Source: Candidatus Binatia bacterium (GTDB taxonomy: Bacteria; Desulfobacterota; Binatia; UBA1149; CAITLU01). Taken from it: DNA of 64,000 bases. The position numbers were made by a program, and so were the translations under genes. The notes under the pieces were generated by a model that did no database searches, had not been told where the DNA came from, and saw only the letters and a list, made by a program, of their open reading frames with translations. Positions 18,571 through 27,496 of this stretch are shown here, one piece after another. Every line of letters begins with the position of its first letter. Within the stretch, counting starts at the first letter, position 1. The stretch lies in NCBI GenBank assembly GCA_047611725.1, contig JBLFWR010000001.1, forward strand, positions 4,100-68,099, given 5' to 3'.

Positions 18571-19782
18571 TCAGGCGTTGCGGCTGGGTCGATACCACGG
18601 TGGACGCACTGCATCAGCGCCATACGCGTTCTCGGGCACGCGCTGATGCTGACGCCGGGCAAGTCGCATCAGAACCTTGAGCGAGCTTTCAAAATCTTCG
18701 ATTGGTCGCACTTCGAGCAGATCTTTGTCGATCAAATCTTGCATAATGCGGCGGCCACGATCGGTGCGGGTAATTGTAATCGTCCAATCCATCGCCCCCA
18801 CCCCACCGCATGAAATATCGGCCAGCTCGGCCGAGAAATCCCCGCAATGGTGGCACTCCGGGCGAGCGTACTCCTGAGCGTCCTTCAAGGAGATCTTCAC
18901 TACGTCTCCGTCTTTTTTGTAAACCAGAACTTCGCCTTTGACGTTGAACTTCTTGACGTCCTGAAGCGGCACACCAAGATCCTTTTCGACTTTGCTAACC
19001 ATCAGGCCCTCAAAATCGAACACCTCAGAACATAGGAGACCGATCCTTACCGCGATGCGCTCGACGGGACCTTTTAGGCTAAGCGTCTGGCGCTCGATGA
19101 CTTGATCACGTTTTCCTTCGGTAGCGATAAAATCGGTGTCACGAAGCTCGGCCTTTCTGATCGGTGTGACCTGGCAAGGAACACCGACAAACGCGACCTT
19201 CTCGCATCCCTTTTCTACAGCAGCGGCCAGAGCCAAATCATTTGGGCAGTAGGTGTACCAAGAGCTAGCGGCAGCGACGACTTCGTCGACTGTCGTCGCG
19301 CAAATTGGCTGCGGCGCACACGGCTTGTCGGCGTCGGCCGCGGACACGACCGCGCCGTCAAAAATTCCGGTTTCCATTCCATGGACCAAAATTGCCGTGA
19401 CAACGCCTCCGTCCTGGCAAACTTCGCGAATGCGCGGGTCCTTCACGCGCGCCACATAGATTTCCTGATAGCGGCCGAACGCCCCTTCATAAACCGGAGC
19501 GTGTGAATCGGACAAGACCGCATCTTTCAAATCGAACTCACGTGGCCCGATACGGGGACAGACCTGCGCGCAGACATCGCAGCCGATCCCTTCGCTAATA
19601 CCGCAATAGTCGAAATCCGCCGATTCCTTCGCCGTCTGTTTCGGCTTTCCATCAATGTACTCGATGACGTTATGCGGGCAGACCAAGACACAGGTCCCGC
19701 ACTCGCAGCACGAACCGAAGTCGACCACGTCGTTCATCATCTCTTTAAAACTAGGGGTATCTTTGTATGTGGGCTCTGACAT
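18571..19782 (-). CDS. coenzyme F420 hydrogenase/dehydrogenase beta-subunit family (FrhB/FdhB/FpoF-like) iron-sulfur flavoprotein
   Basis: N-terminal 2x[4Fe-4S] ferredoxin motifs (CCECGTCVLVCP, CDVCAQVCP) followed by FrhB_FdhB N- and C-terminal-like region. 403 aa. Confidence 0.65.
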   Translation of the reverse strand: MSEPTYKDTPSFKEMMNDVVDFGSCCECGTCVLVCPHNVIEYIDGKPKQTAKESADFDYCGISEGIGCDVCAQVCPRIGPREFDLKDAVLSDSHAPVYEGAFGRYQEIYVARVKDPRIREVCQDGGVVTAILVHGMETGIFDGAVVSAADADKPCAPQPICATTVDEVVAAASSWYTYCPNDLALAAAVEKGCEKVAFVGVPCQVTPIRKAELRDTDFIATEGKRDQVIERQTLSLKGPVERIAVRIGLLCSEVFDFEGLMVSKVEKDLGVPLQDVKKFNVKGEVLVYKKDGDVVKISLKDAQEYARPECHHCGDFSAELADISCGGVGAMDWTITITRTDRGRRIMQDLIDKDLLEVRPIEDFESSLKVLMRLARRQHQRVPENAYGADAVRPPWYRPSRNA

Positions 19783-19819
19783 CCAATTTACTCCCGGACG
19801 GAGTGCAAACCGCGGACGG

Positions 19820-19909
19820 TTGCGACGTTGTTAATTGCGACCTTGTTAGTTGCGACCTTGTTAATTACGACGTTGTTAATTGCGACCTTGTTAGGCGCGA
19901 CCTTGTTAT
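19820..19909. repeat. perfect head-to-tail tandem array, 6 copies of a 15-bp unit TTGCGACCTTGTTAA (variants TTGCGACGTTGTTAA, TTACGACGTTGTTAA, GCGCGACCTTGTTAT)
   Basis: Read directly: units at 19820, 19835, 19850, 19865, 19880, 19895. Lies 38-127 bp upstream of the start codon (19782, minus strand) of the FrhB-like gene and just downstream of the apt stop. Confidence 0.9.
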
Positions 19910-19934
19910 CGAGTACGTTCAAGCAGACGTCTCA

Positions 19935-20450
19935 CTAATCGTCGTAGCGAACCAACGAGCGGCAACTGACAGGAGCTAGGCGCGCAGCACCTCCGAGAAA
20001 GGCGAGCTCGATCATAAATGCGCAACCGACTGGGTTTCCGCCGACCTTGAGTACCAATTCAAGTGCGGCGGCCGCAGTACCACCTGTGGCGAGTAGATCA
20101 TCGACGACGAGCACGCGTGCTCCGGGAGACAATGAGTCAACGTGCATCTCAAGAGTGTCGGTTCCATATTCAAGCTCATACTCAACAGCGAGGCTGTCGT
20201 GTGGCAGCTTCCCGGGTTTGCGCACTATAACGAGTCCGAGACCAAGGGCGTAAGCGATCGGGCCACCAAGAATGAACCCCCTCGACTCAATGCCAACCAC
20301 GGCATCGATCTTCCCATCGTACGCCCCACAAATATCATCAACTACGTACTTAAGAGCCTCGGCGTTTCCGAGAACCGGCGTGATGTCCTTGTAGCCAATG
20401 CCCGGCTTCGGGAAATCCGGGACCGTGCGAATGAGCGAGCGAATGTCCAT
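19935..20450 (-). CDS. apt: adenine phosphoribosyltransferase
   Basis: PRPP-binding motif VLVVDDLLATGGTA. 171 aa with typical Apt N-terminus (DFPKPGIGYKDITP). Confidence 0.9.
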   Translation of the reverse strand: MDIRSLIRTVPDFPKPGIGYKDITPVLGNAEALKYVVDDICGAYDGKIDAVVGIESRGFILGGPIAYALGLGLVIVRKPGKLPHDSLAVEYELEYGTDTLEMHVDSLSPGARVLVVDDLLATGGTAAAALELVLKVGGNPVGCAFMIELAFLGGAARLAPVSCRSLVRYDD

Positions 20451-20465
20451 ACTGGATACTTCTCC

Positions 20466-21269
20466 TTACTGTTTTGGTAAAAACGAAATCGGGTCACGCG
20501 CGACATTGTGACGCCGAATTTCGAAATGCAGGTGCGTGACGTCGGCTCGTCCCGTCCGTCCCACAAGTGCAATCTCGGCTCCTCGAGCCACCGTGTTGCC
20601 CTTACGTACAAGGTTGCGCTGGTTGTGCGCATAAACCGTTGTGAAACCGTCTGCATGCTCGAGGATCACAACATTTCCGTACCCGCTTAGGCGGTCGCTA
20701 AAAATCACCCGACCCGCGCGCGCCGCGCTAATCGGATGCCCTGACTCAGCCGCGATATCGACGCCGTCATGATGCCCTTCTTTGCGCGGACCGTAGTTCG
20801 AGGTGATGAGCCCGCTTAAGGGCCAGACAAAACCGCGCGAAGAAACTTGGCTGGACTTCTGCGTGGCCGGGATATGACCACGGGTAGGTTTTTCGGGGAC
20901 CACAGCCGGAGTCTTAGGCTTGGTAGATGTGGCACTAGGCGCGGTTGCTTGCTTCCTAGACACAGTGCTTCGTGCCGCCGCTTTCTTCGAACGCGGTTCA
21001 ACTGACGAGGGCGTGATAATCCGAACCGGCAAATGACGTTCGGCACCAGGAATGAAGATCCGCTGCCCGACCCTAATTGTGTAAGGCGCGTCAATATCAT
21101 TGACCCGAGCCAACTCGGCGTAGTGATAGCCGTAGGCCTTTCCAATCCGATAAAGGTTCTCGCCGGACTGAACCACGTGATGAACTCCGGTACTACAGCT
21201 GCTGGCCGCAGCCAGAACGACCGCAGCGACGAGCGCTCGTAACGAGAACCTGTCGACAAGCCGGATCAT
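20466..21269 (-). CDS. LysM-domain M23 metallopeptidase lipoprotein (NlpD-like)
   Basis: Lipobox AASSC, LysM (HVVQSGENLYRIGKAYG), M23 motifs HHDGVDIAA and HLHFEI. Confidence 0.85.
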   Translation of the reverse strand: MIRLVDRFSLRALVAAVVLAAASSCSTGVHHVVQSGENLYRIGKAYGYHYAELARVNDIDAPYTIRVGQRIFIPGAERHLPVRIITPSSVEPRSKKAAARSTVSRKQATAPSATSTKPKTPAVVPEKPTRGHIPATQKSSQVSSRGFVWPLSGLITSNYGPRKEGHHDGVDIAAESGHPISAARAGRVIFSDRLSGYGNVVILEHADGFTTVYAHNQRNLVRKGNTVARGAEIALVGRTGRADVTHLHFEIRRHNVARDPISFLPKQ

Positions 21270-21282
21270 AACGCGCGATGAA

Positions 21283-21765
21283 TCACCCCGACTTCGTGAA
21301 AATAGCGAACGCCGACGAGCTGCTCAGGACAACGGTTGAGACAAGACTACCAGCGATCAACACGCCGAGAACCGAGGCAATGAAAAACTGCCGAAACGTA
21401 AATCCAAGCACGTACGCCCCTAGCGCTCCCGAATAGACGCCAGAGCCCGGCAAGGGAACGCCGATAAACAACGCCAAACCCAGCGTTCCCCATCGTTCGA
21501 CATACTTGTGAAGGTTCTTCTGCGCACGGCCGACCAGCCGGTCATAAAGGTTGTTGATCCAACCGATTCGTAAAAAAACATGGACCGCTTTGTCGAGGAA
21601 AACCCAGACCACTGGAGCCAATGCGATATTCGCTGCGAGGCAAGTCCCGATAATCGCTGCGACACTTAGGTCGTCGCGATAGTTCACGTAACCGTGTGGA
21701 ATCGAATAACGCAGTTCCAAAGTCGGGATCAGTGTAAACAGAATGAGTAGGAAAATAGCTCTCAC
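21283..21765 (-). CDS. small membrane protein (putative small multidrug export-like, COG2426-type)
   Basis: 160 aa, 4 hydrophobic helices, N-terminal ...LELRYSIP... motif typical of the Sm_multidrug_ex family. Assignment tentative. Confidence 0.45.
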   Translation of the reverse strand: MRAIFLLILFTLIPTLELRYSIPHGYVNYRDDLSVAAIIGTCLAANIALAPVVWVFLDKAVHVFLRIGWINNLYDRLVGRAQKNLHKYVERWGTLGLALFIGVPLPGSGVYSGALGAYVLGFTFRQFFIASVLGVLIAGSLVSTVVLSSSSAFAIFTKSG

Positions 21766-21811
21766 AGAAACTCGATACCTCGGGCGCGCGCCACGCGTTT
21801 AGCGTGTGTCC

Positions 21812-22552
21812 TCATTCCCAATCGATCGATAGTGCGTCGACCGCAGGAATAGAATCGTAGTTGGTCAGGTCCAGATGCAACGGGGTCACTGAGATTTTGC
21901 CAGCTTTGATCGCCGCAAAATCGGTGCCGTCGGCATCCGGCATTTCAAGCTCCGCCCCACCGATCCAATAGTACTTGCGACCACGAGGATCGACCTTTTC
22001 GATGACCGCATCACCATAGCGACGTTTGCCCTGACGGGTAACCAGGAACCCAGTAGGCCTGGTCCCTTCGGGGACGTTCACGCTGAGCAATGTGTCGGGC
22101 GGCAAGCCGGAGTCGTGAAGTACTGTGACAAGGGCATTCGCGAACGACGCTGCGGCTTCGTAGTGGAACTTGGCACGTCCGACTTGAGAGAACGCCACCC
22201 CCGGAACTCCCAGCAACACGGCCTCCATAGCGGCGGAAACCGTGCCAGAGTACGTAACATCGTCGCCCAAGTTGGCGCCCCTATTGATCCCAGAAACGAC
22301 AAGCCAAGGTCGCTCAGACAGCAAACCATTCAACGCCAAATTGATGCAGTCGGTTGGCGTTCCATCCACCGCCCACCAATCTTGCCGAACTTGATCGGCG
22401 CGCAGGGGGCGCTCGAGCGTCAGGGCGTGGGAAACGGCCGACCGTTCGCGATCCGGCGCAACGACGACAACGCGGTCAATAGCTTCAAGGGCTTCCACTA
22501 AAGCGGTAAGCCCCTCCGACTGAATCCCATCGTCATTGCTAGCAAGAATCAT
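21812..22552 (-). CDS. surE: 5'/3'-nucleotidase SurE
   Basis: [15 protein letters not shown] (SurE N-terminal DDG motif). 246 aa. Confidence 0.9.
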   Translation of the reverse strand: MILASNDDGIQSEGLTALVEALEAIDRVVVVAPDRERSAVSHALTLERPLRADQVRQDWWAVDGTPTDCINLALNGLLSERPWLVVSGINRGANLGDDVTYSGTVSAAMEAVLLGVPGVAFSQVGRAKFHYEAAASFANALVTVLHDSGLPPDTLLSVNVPEGTRPTGFLVTRQGKRRYGDAVIEKVDPRGRKYYWIGGAELEMPDADGTDFAAIKAGKISVTPLHLDLTNYDSIPAVDALSIDWE

Positions 22553-22666
22553 AGCGAGCGGATGATGTGCCCGCCCCCCACGGAGGTCAACCGCCCAGAT
22601 GGCAAACGGCGGTTAGAGCACAAACGGCAAGAGCCGAACGGCTCTCGCCGCTCGGCTCTTTTCGTA

Positions 22667-22743
22667 TGGTCGGGGCGACTGGATTTGAACCAGCGACCAC
22701 TCACACCCCAAGCGAGTGCGCTACCAGGCTGCGCCACGCCCCG
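22667..22743 (-). tRNA. tRNA-Pro (anticodon GGG), CCA encoded
   Basis: Minus-strand cloverleaf built by hand: acceptor CGGGGCG/CGCCCCG, D-arm GCGC-AGCCTGGTA-GCGC, anticodon stem CTCGC/GTGAG with loop TTGGGGT, T-arm GCTGG-TTCAAAT-CCAGT, 3' ACCA. Confidence 0.8.
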
Positions 22744-22804
22744 CGATCGGGCGCGACCATAGCCACACCTGTAGACAGGCGCAACTAGGTCGCGCTAGGC
22801 GGCG

Positions 22805-24103
22805 TCAGAAGTCGTAGCCAGTTTCTCCATGTTCGGACAGATCGAGGCCCATACGTTCGTCGTCTTCGCTAACACGTAAGCCAATGACCGCATCGATGAT
22901 TTTGGCAAGAACGAATGTCACGGCACCGGCATAAACCGCGGTAGCCACAACGCCTTCGGTCTGCTTCCACAATTGCGTAGCCGTTCCAGATTCAATCAAT
23001 CCCGCCGTTCCACCTACGGCTGTTACCGCAAAAACGCCGGTGGCGAGTGCGCCCCAAGCGCCCCCTATCCCATGCACGCCAAAGGCATCCAACGAATCGT
23101 CATAGCCGAGGCGGCCTTTTAGCATCACTCCGCCATAACAAGCCGCGGCGACAGTCGCGCCGATCGCCAGCGCGCCCATTGAGTCAACGTTTCCGCAGGC
23201 CGGTGTAATGCCAACCAAACCCGCAACCGCTCCTGACGCGAAACCGAGGGCACTGGCCTTACCCCGATGCCAGAGCTCGATCAGACACCAAACCAAAGCG
23301 GCCGTGGCTGCACTAATGTGCGTGACCACAAAAGCATTCGCCGCAGCTTCGTTGGCCCCCAAGGCACTACCCGCGTTGAAACCGAACCAACCGAACCAAA
23401 GAAGTCCGGCACCAAGAAGAGTCAGCCCAAGATTGTGGGGCTTGATCGGGTGCTGCGGATAACCAATGCGGCGACCAACGACCATCGCCAAGACAAGAGC
23501 TGAAACGCCCGAGCTGATATGAACGACCGTGCCGCCAGCGAAATCCAAAGCCTCGCCGTACAACCAGCCGCCGTCAGCCCATACCCAGTGGCAAATTGGG
23601 TCGTAAACCAACGTGCCCCAAAGGACGATAAACACCACGTAGGCACTGAACTTTATCCGCTCAGCGACCGCACCGCTGATTAGAGCAGGCGTGATGATGG
23701 CGAACATCCCCTGAAAGATCATGAAGACGCTGTCGGGAATGGTGCTGCCGCCCGTGGCCGTATTCTCGACTCCCGCAAGGAATACGTGCGACAGACCACC
23801 CACGAACGAGTTGCCCTCTGAAAACGCGAGTGAATATCCAATGACTACCCATTGGATGGTCATGACTCCCATCGCGACAAAGCTATGCATCAGCGACGAA
23901 AGCAGGCTCTTCGAGCGAACCATGCCGCCGTAGAACAAGGCCAGTCCGGGGGTCATCAGTAGAACAAGGGCGCTGCACACCAGCACCCAAGCAGTATCAC
24001 CCGTATCCAAAGTCGATTCCGCGGCAAGCGCGGGAGAAACCCAAGCGCAGGCAAGCGCAAAGGTGGTTGCAGCGACCAATCGGCCGCGCGTTCGAAGACT
24101 CAT
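22805..24103 (-). CDS. amt: ammonium transporter (Amt family)
   Basis: Signal peptide then Amt signature region DTGDTAWVLVCSALVLLMTPGLALFYGGMVRSKS and 11 TM. Start ATG at 24103 preceded by AGGAGG-like SD (CCTCCTG on plus strand). Confidence 0.9.
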   Translation of the reverse strand: MSLRTRGRLVAATTFALACAWVSPALAAESTLDTGDTAWVLVCSALVLLMTPGLALFYGGMVRSKSLLSSLMHSFVAMGVMTIQWVVIGYSLAFSEGNSFVGGLSHVFLAGVENTATGGSTIPDSVFMIFQGMFAIITPALISGAVAERIKFSAYVVFIVLWGTLVYDPICHWVWADGGWLYGEALDFAGGTVVHISSGVSALVLAMVVGRRIGYPQHPIKPHNLGLTLLGAGLLWFGWFGFNAGSALGANEAAANAFVVTHISAATAALVWCLIELWHRGKASALGFASGAVAGLVGITPACGNVDSMGALAIGATVAAACYGGVMLKGRLGYDDSLDAFGVHGIGGAWGALATGVFAVTAVGGTAGLIESGTATQLWKQTEGVVATAVYAGAVTFVLAKIIDAVIGLRVSEDDERMGLDLSEHGETGYDF

Positions 24104-24348
24104 TCGGTCCCCTCCTGTTTCATTTCGTGTTGTGCGCCGACTGCCAACGCACGAAAAGCGGCCGCCTGACCGCCGAATCAGCAGGCCCAACCAGCAACGG
24201 ACGTGCCATCAGGAGTATGTGAGGTTTCGCCCCTATTTTGTGAGTCGAGCTCTTCTAAAGCTCGCCTCAAAAACAGGCAGTGCCACAGTTTCGGGCAACG
24301 ACTTATGTAGCCCTGGGAGAAATCAGCTCGTCATTCTAGGAGGTTGTA

Positions 24349-24705
24349 TCAGCGCAGACTGTCTCGAATTCGCTCGAGTTCTGCACGGATCTGAGCTGCG
24401 ACACCTTCGATTGGCGCTGAGTTCGAGGAATCTTCGCCCCCCCCCTCACCGCCAGCCTCGATCTTGAGCTGACGCCGGGCGCCCTCAATCGTAAATCGAC
24501 GAGCATGGAGCAGATCTTTGATTCTCAGGAGTGTCTCGACGTCTTTGCGGCGATACAGGCGGTGTTTCGATCTCGTCTTGCCCGGCTTAATCACCGTGAA
24601 TTCCGATTCCCAGTAACGAAGCACGTACGGCTTGACGTCGACGATCTTAGCGACCTCGCCGATCTTGAAATACAGCTTATCTTCAGGGATTGGGGAATCG
24701 ATCAC
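24349..24705 (-). CDS. MerR-family transcriptional regulator
   Basis: N-terminal HTH YFKIGEVAKIVDVKPYVLRYWESEF, classic MerR wing. Glycine-rich C-terminal tail. Confidence 0.75.
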   Translation of the reverse strand: MIDSPIPEDKLYFKIGEVAKIVDVKPYVLRYWESEFTVIKPGKTRSKHRLYRRKDVETLLRIKDLLHARRFTIEGARRQLKIEAGGEGGGEDSSNSAPIEGVAAQIRAELERIRDSLR

Positions 24706-24722
24706 TGCAAGTCCCTCTTTGC

Positions 24723-25040
24723 TCAGGACTCGTCGTCGAGGTCGATTTCTTCGACCCCGATCTCACCGAGATTAATAGTCCTTTTCAGAACCTGGCTCGG
24801 TTTGAAACTAAGGACGCGGCGTCCGCTGATCACTATCTCGGCCCCGGTTTGCGGGTTGCGCCCCTTGCGTGGACGCTTTTCGTTAATTACGAAGTTCCCA
24901 AAGCCGGAGATTTTAACCTTCTCGCCGGCTTCAAGCCGAGCCTTGATTACTTCGAAAATGGATTCGACGATCTCAGCCGCTTCCTTCTTCGAGAAGCCTA
25001 CGCGCTCATATATCCGTTCGACGATGTCAGCCTTTGTCAT
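24723..25040 (-). CDS. ihfA: integration host factor subunit alpha
   Basis: GFGNFVINEKRPRKGRNPQTGAEIVISGRRVLSFKPSQVLK matches IHF-alpha arm region. Located immediately after pheT as in many bacteria. Start at internal Met (MTKADIVERIY); ORF to 25067. Confidence 0.85.
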   Translation of the reverse strand: MTKADIVERIYERVGFSKKEAAEIVESIFEVIKARLEAGEKVKISGFGNFVINEKRPRKGRNPQTGAEIVISGRRVLSFKPSQVLKRTINLGEIGVEEIDLDDES

Positions 25041-25078
25041 GGAATCAGTCTGTCCGGGAGCGGTCATCAGTACCCCAG

Positions 25079-27484
25079 CTACGTTCGTACCCGAAGATTG
25101 AGGCTTTGGGTCACCGTGTCGACAACGGTCGCCTGCAATCGAGCGACCTCATCATCGGTCAGGGTCCGATCCGAAGCCCGATAAATGACTTGAAATGCCA
25201 AAGCTTTATCCTTCGTTCCGACGCCCTCGCCAGTATATTCGTCGAAGACACATACCGACTCGATCAGTTGCTCATCCAAAGATCGGATAGTGTCGATGAC
25301 TTGTCCTGCGAGCATGTCGCGCGGGACGAGAAACGAAACATCGCGAGAAGATGACGGGAACTTTCCCGTGGCTTCTAAGCCAGCGTGCGCGGGAGCATAC
25401 TCAAGCACCAAAAGGGAGTCAACTTCGAAAAGTGCAATTTTTTCAACAATTTCGAGCTCTTCCGCCACATCTGGATGAAGAATCCCAACGTAACCGACGA
25501 CCGCATTGCCAACTTTGACGGCCGCACATTCGCGCGGATGGTACTCTGGACGTCCGGATTCTGGCACCCAAGAGAGCTCAAGCGTCGGTGCCAGCGTAGC
25601 CACCGCCCGTTCGACCACACCCTTTGCGTCCCAAAACGTTGCCTCGCCACCATCACCCGGAGCACGCAAGCGCCTCGGGCCAGCGAGCAATCCGGCAAAC
25701 ACCTCTCGTTCGTTTACAGTTTCGTTCTGCCGCGCGAACGTTCGCGCCACAGTGAAAAAATCAGTCGTCCTGCGACCATTGCGCCGATTGAGAAGATGCG
25801 CCTCCAACAGGTGGGGCAAACCGCTGCGGCGCATCTGGCTTTCATCGGAACGCAAAGGGTTGCGAAGACACACCGCGCTGGCGCCCACCGGATGTAAGCC
25901 CGGAAGCAACGCATTGCTACGGTCAGACGCGAACGCGAGCCCAACGCATTCGTTCAACCCGTCGGCGAGCAACGCGCGACGGACGACTCGCGACGCATGC
26001 ACCGCGGGCGGCAAAGTCTGGGGAGCCATGCTGATTCGCGGGAGTTCGGTACCCACATTGTCATAGCCACGAAGCCGGGCGACTTCTTCGACAAAATCGA
26101 TCTCTCGGTCGAGGTCGTGGCGATGACTTGGCGGCTCGACCAGAAGATCGTCACCCTTGATCGAAACCGTCACACCAAGTCGCGAAAGAAGCGCGCTGAT
26201 CTCGTCGCGTTCAACAGGTGTAGCAAGAATCTCGGAGACCCGCGCGGGTCGCACCACAATCGGCTCGCGCCGAGGTGGTCCATCGCCAGCAGCGGTGACC
26301 GATTCTACAACGGTCCCGCCACCCAGTCGGGCGATAAGGGACGCCGCTCGCGCGAGCGCTTCAGGTAACGCACCAGAGTCGATGCCCCGTTCGAATCGGT
26401 AGGACGAGTCGGTAATCAAGCCCAAACGCCGCGACGTCCGCCGAATGCGATTCGGATCGAACACAGCCGCTTCCAAAAACAGATCCGTGGTCTCGGGACT
26501 GACCGCCGAGGCGGCTCCACCCATGACACCCGCAAGGGCAATGGGGCCCGCTTCGTCGGCGATCACAAGGTCGTCAGGTCGCAACTCAACGGTAGTGCCG
26601 TCCAGAGTCTCCATCGTGGCGGTATCACCGGCTGCGCGTACGAAAATCGAGGGACCTGCCAAACGAGCGCAATCAAAAGCGTGCAATGGCTGCCCGTATT
26701 CAAGCAGCACGTAGTTGGTCACATCAACAACGTTGTTGATCGAACGCACGCCGCTTGCAGCCAATCGGCGGCGAAGCCACGCGGGTGACAAAGCGATAGT
26801 AACGCCACGAACTTGCACGCCACGATACATCGAGCATCCAGCTGGCTCTTCAATAAACACGGGAATCGCACTCGGCTCGGTAGGCAGTAAGTGCCCAGAA
26901 GTCCAAGCCGGCGTGGTCTGCAATTCACAAACCGCTGCAACCTCACGCGCCAAACCGCGAACGCTTAAACAATCTCCACGGTTCGGGGTGATGGCGATTT
27001 CAAGAATCGTGTCATCCAAGCCAAGTAGTGGGACCGCAGCGGTTCCGGGTGAAAACTCATCGCCATCGCCTATGACGAGAATCCCATCCTCGCCAGGCGG
27101 CAAACCGAGTTCTTCACTCGAGCAAAGCATCCCCGCGGACTCTTCACCTCGCAGCTTTCCCTTTTTTATCTTGTGCCCAGCGGGCAACACCGTGCCGGGC
27201 CGAGCGAGAACGACTAAATCGCCCGCTTTCATGTTGCGGGCACCGCAAACAATCTGCCGCTCGCCCTCACCGTCGTTGACCCGGCAAAGCGTTAGACGAT
27301 CGGCATTGGGGTGAGGCGTGGTTTCTTCGAGGCGCGCAACAACAAGCGTGTCCACCATGCCCTCGATCGCACCACGTTCGAGGGCTTCCACCTCCAACCC
27401 AGCCATCGTCAGGCGTTCGGAAATTTGTTCGGGATCGGGCAGATCCGAGATGTAGTCAGCCAACCAGCTAAGAGGTAGTCGCAT
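25079..27484 (-). CDS. pheT: phenylalanine--tRNA ligase beta subunit
   Basis: 801 aa. N-terminal MRLPLSWLADYI (typical PheT start), tRNA-binding and B3/4, B5, FDX-ACB domains. Confidence 0.95.
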   Translation of the reverse strand: MRLPLSWLADYISDLPDPEQISERLTMAGLEVEALERGAIEGMVDTLVVARLEETTPHPNADRLTLCRVNDGEGERQIVCGARNMKAGDLVVLARPGTVLPAGHKIKKGKLRGEESAGMLCSSEELGLPPGEDGILVIGDGDEFSPGTAAVPLLGLDDTILEIAITPNRGDCLSVRGLAREVAAVCELQTTPAWTSGHLLPTEPSAIPVFIEEPAGCSMYRGVQVRGVTIALSPAWLRRRLAASGVRSINNVVDVTNYVLLEYGQPLHAFDCARLAGPSIFVRAAGDTATMETLDGTTVELRPDDLVIADEAGPIALAGVMGGAASAVSPETTDLFLEAAVFDPNRIRRTSRRLGLITDSSYRFERGIDSGALPEALARAASLIARLGGGTVVESVTAAGDGPPRREPIVVRPARVSEILATPVERDEISALLSRLGVTVSIKGDDLLVEPPSHRHDLDREIDFVEEVARLRGYDNVGTELPRISMAPQTLPPAVHASRVVRRALLADGLNECVGLAFASDRSNALLPGLHPVGASAVCLRNPLRSDESQMRRSGLPHLLEAHLLNRRNGRRTTDFFTVARTFARQNETVNEREVFAGLLAGPRRLRAPGDGGEATFWDAKGVVERAVATLAPTLELSWVPESGRPEYHPRECAAVKVGNAVVGYVGILHPDVAEELEIVEKIALFEVDSLLVLEYAPAHAGLEATGKFPSSSRDVSFLVPRDMLAGQVIDTIRSLDEQLIESVCVFDEYTGEGVGTKDKALAFQVIYRASDRTLTDDEVARLQATVVDTVTQSLNLRVRT

Positions 27485-27496
27485 CGTAGAATTCGC

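Noticed and set aside
19820-19909. Possibility that the 15-bp tandem array is a CRISPR array
   Set aside because: Units abut with no spacers, the unit is only 15 bp, and there are no cas genes nearby. It is a simple tandem repeat.
22553-22666. Hairpin GAGCCG...CGGCTC followed by TTTT just beyond the 3' end of tRNA-Pro
   Set aside because: Could be a tRNA terminator, but the T-run is on the plus strand while the tRNA is on the minus strand. Ambiguous, not listed as a feature.
24104-24348. Looked for a sigma-54 (TGGCAC-N5-TTGC) promoter and NtrC sites upstream of amt, and for an adjacent glnK
   Set aside because: A GTGCCAC...GGCAAC string exists, but the element order is wrong for the minus-strand gene. 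No glnK/PII ORF adjacent. No claim made.
24349-24705. MerR-family regulator as a mercury-resistance determinant
   Set aside because: No merT/P/A genes nearby. MerR-family members next to ihfA-pheST are generic regulators.
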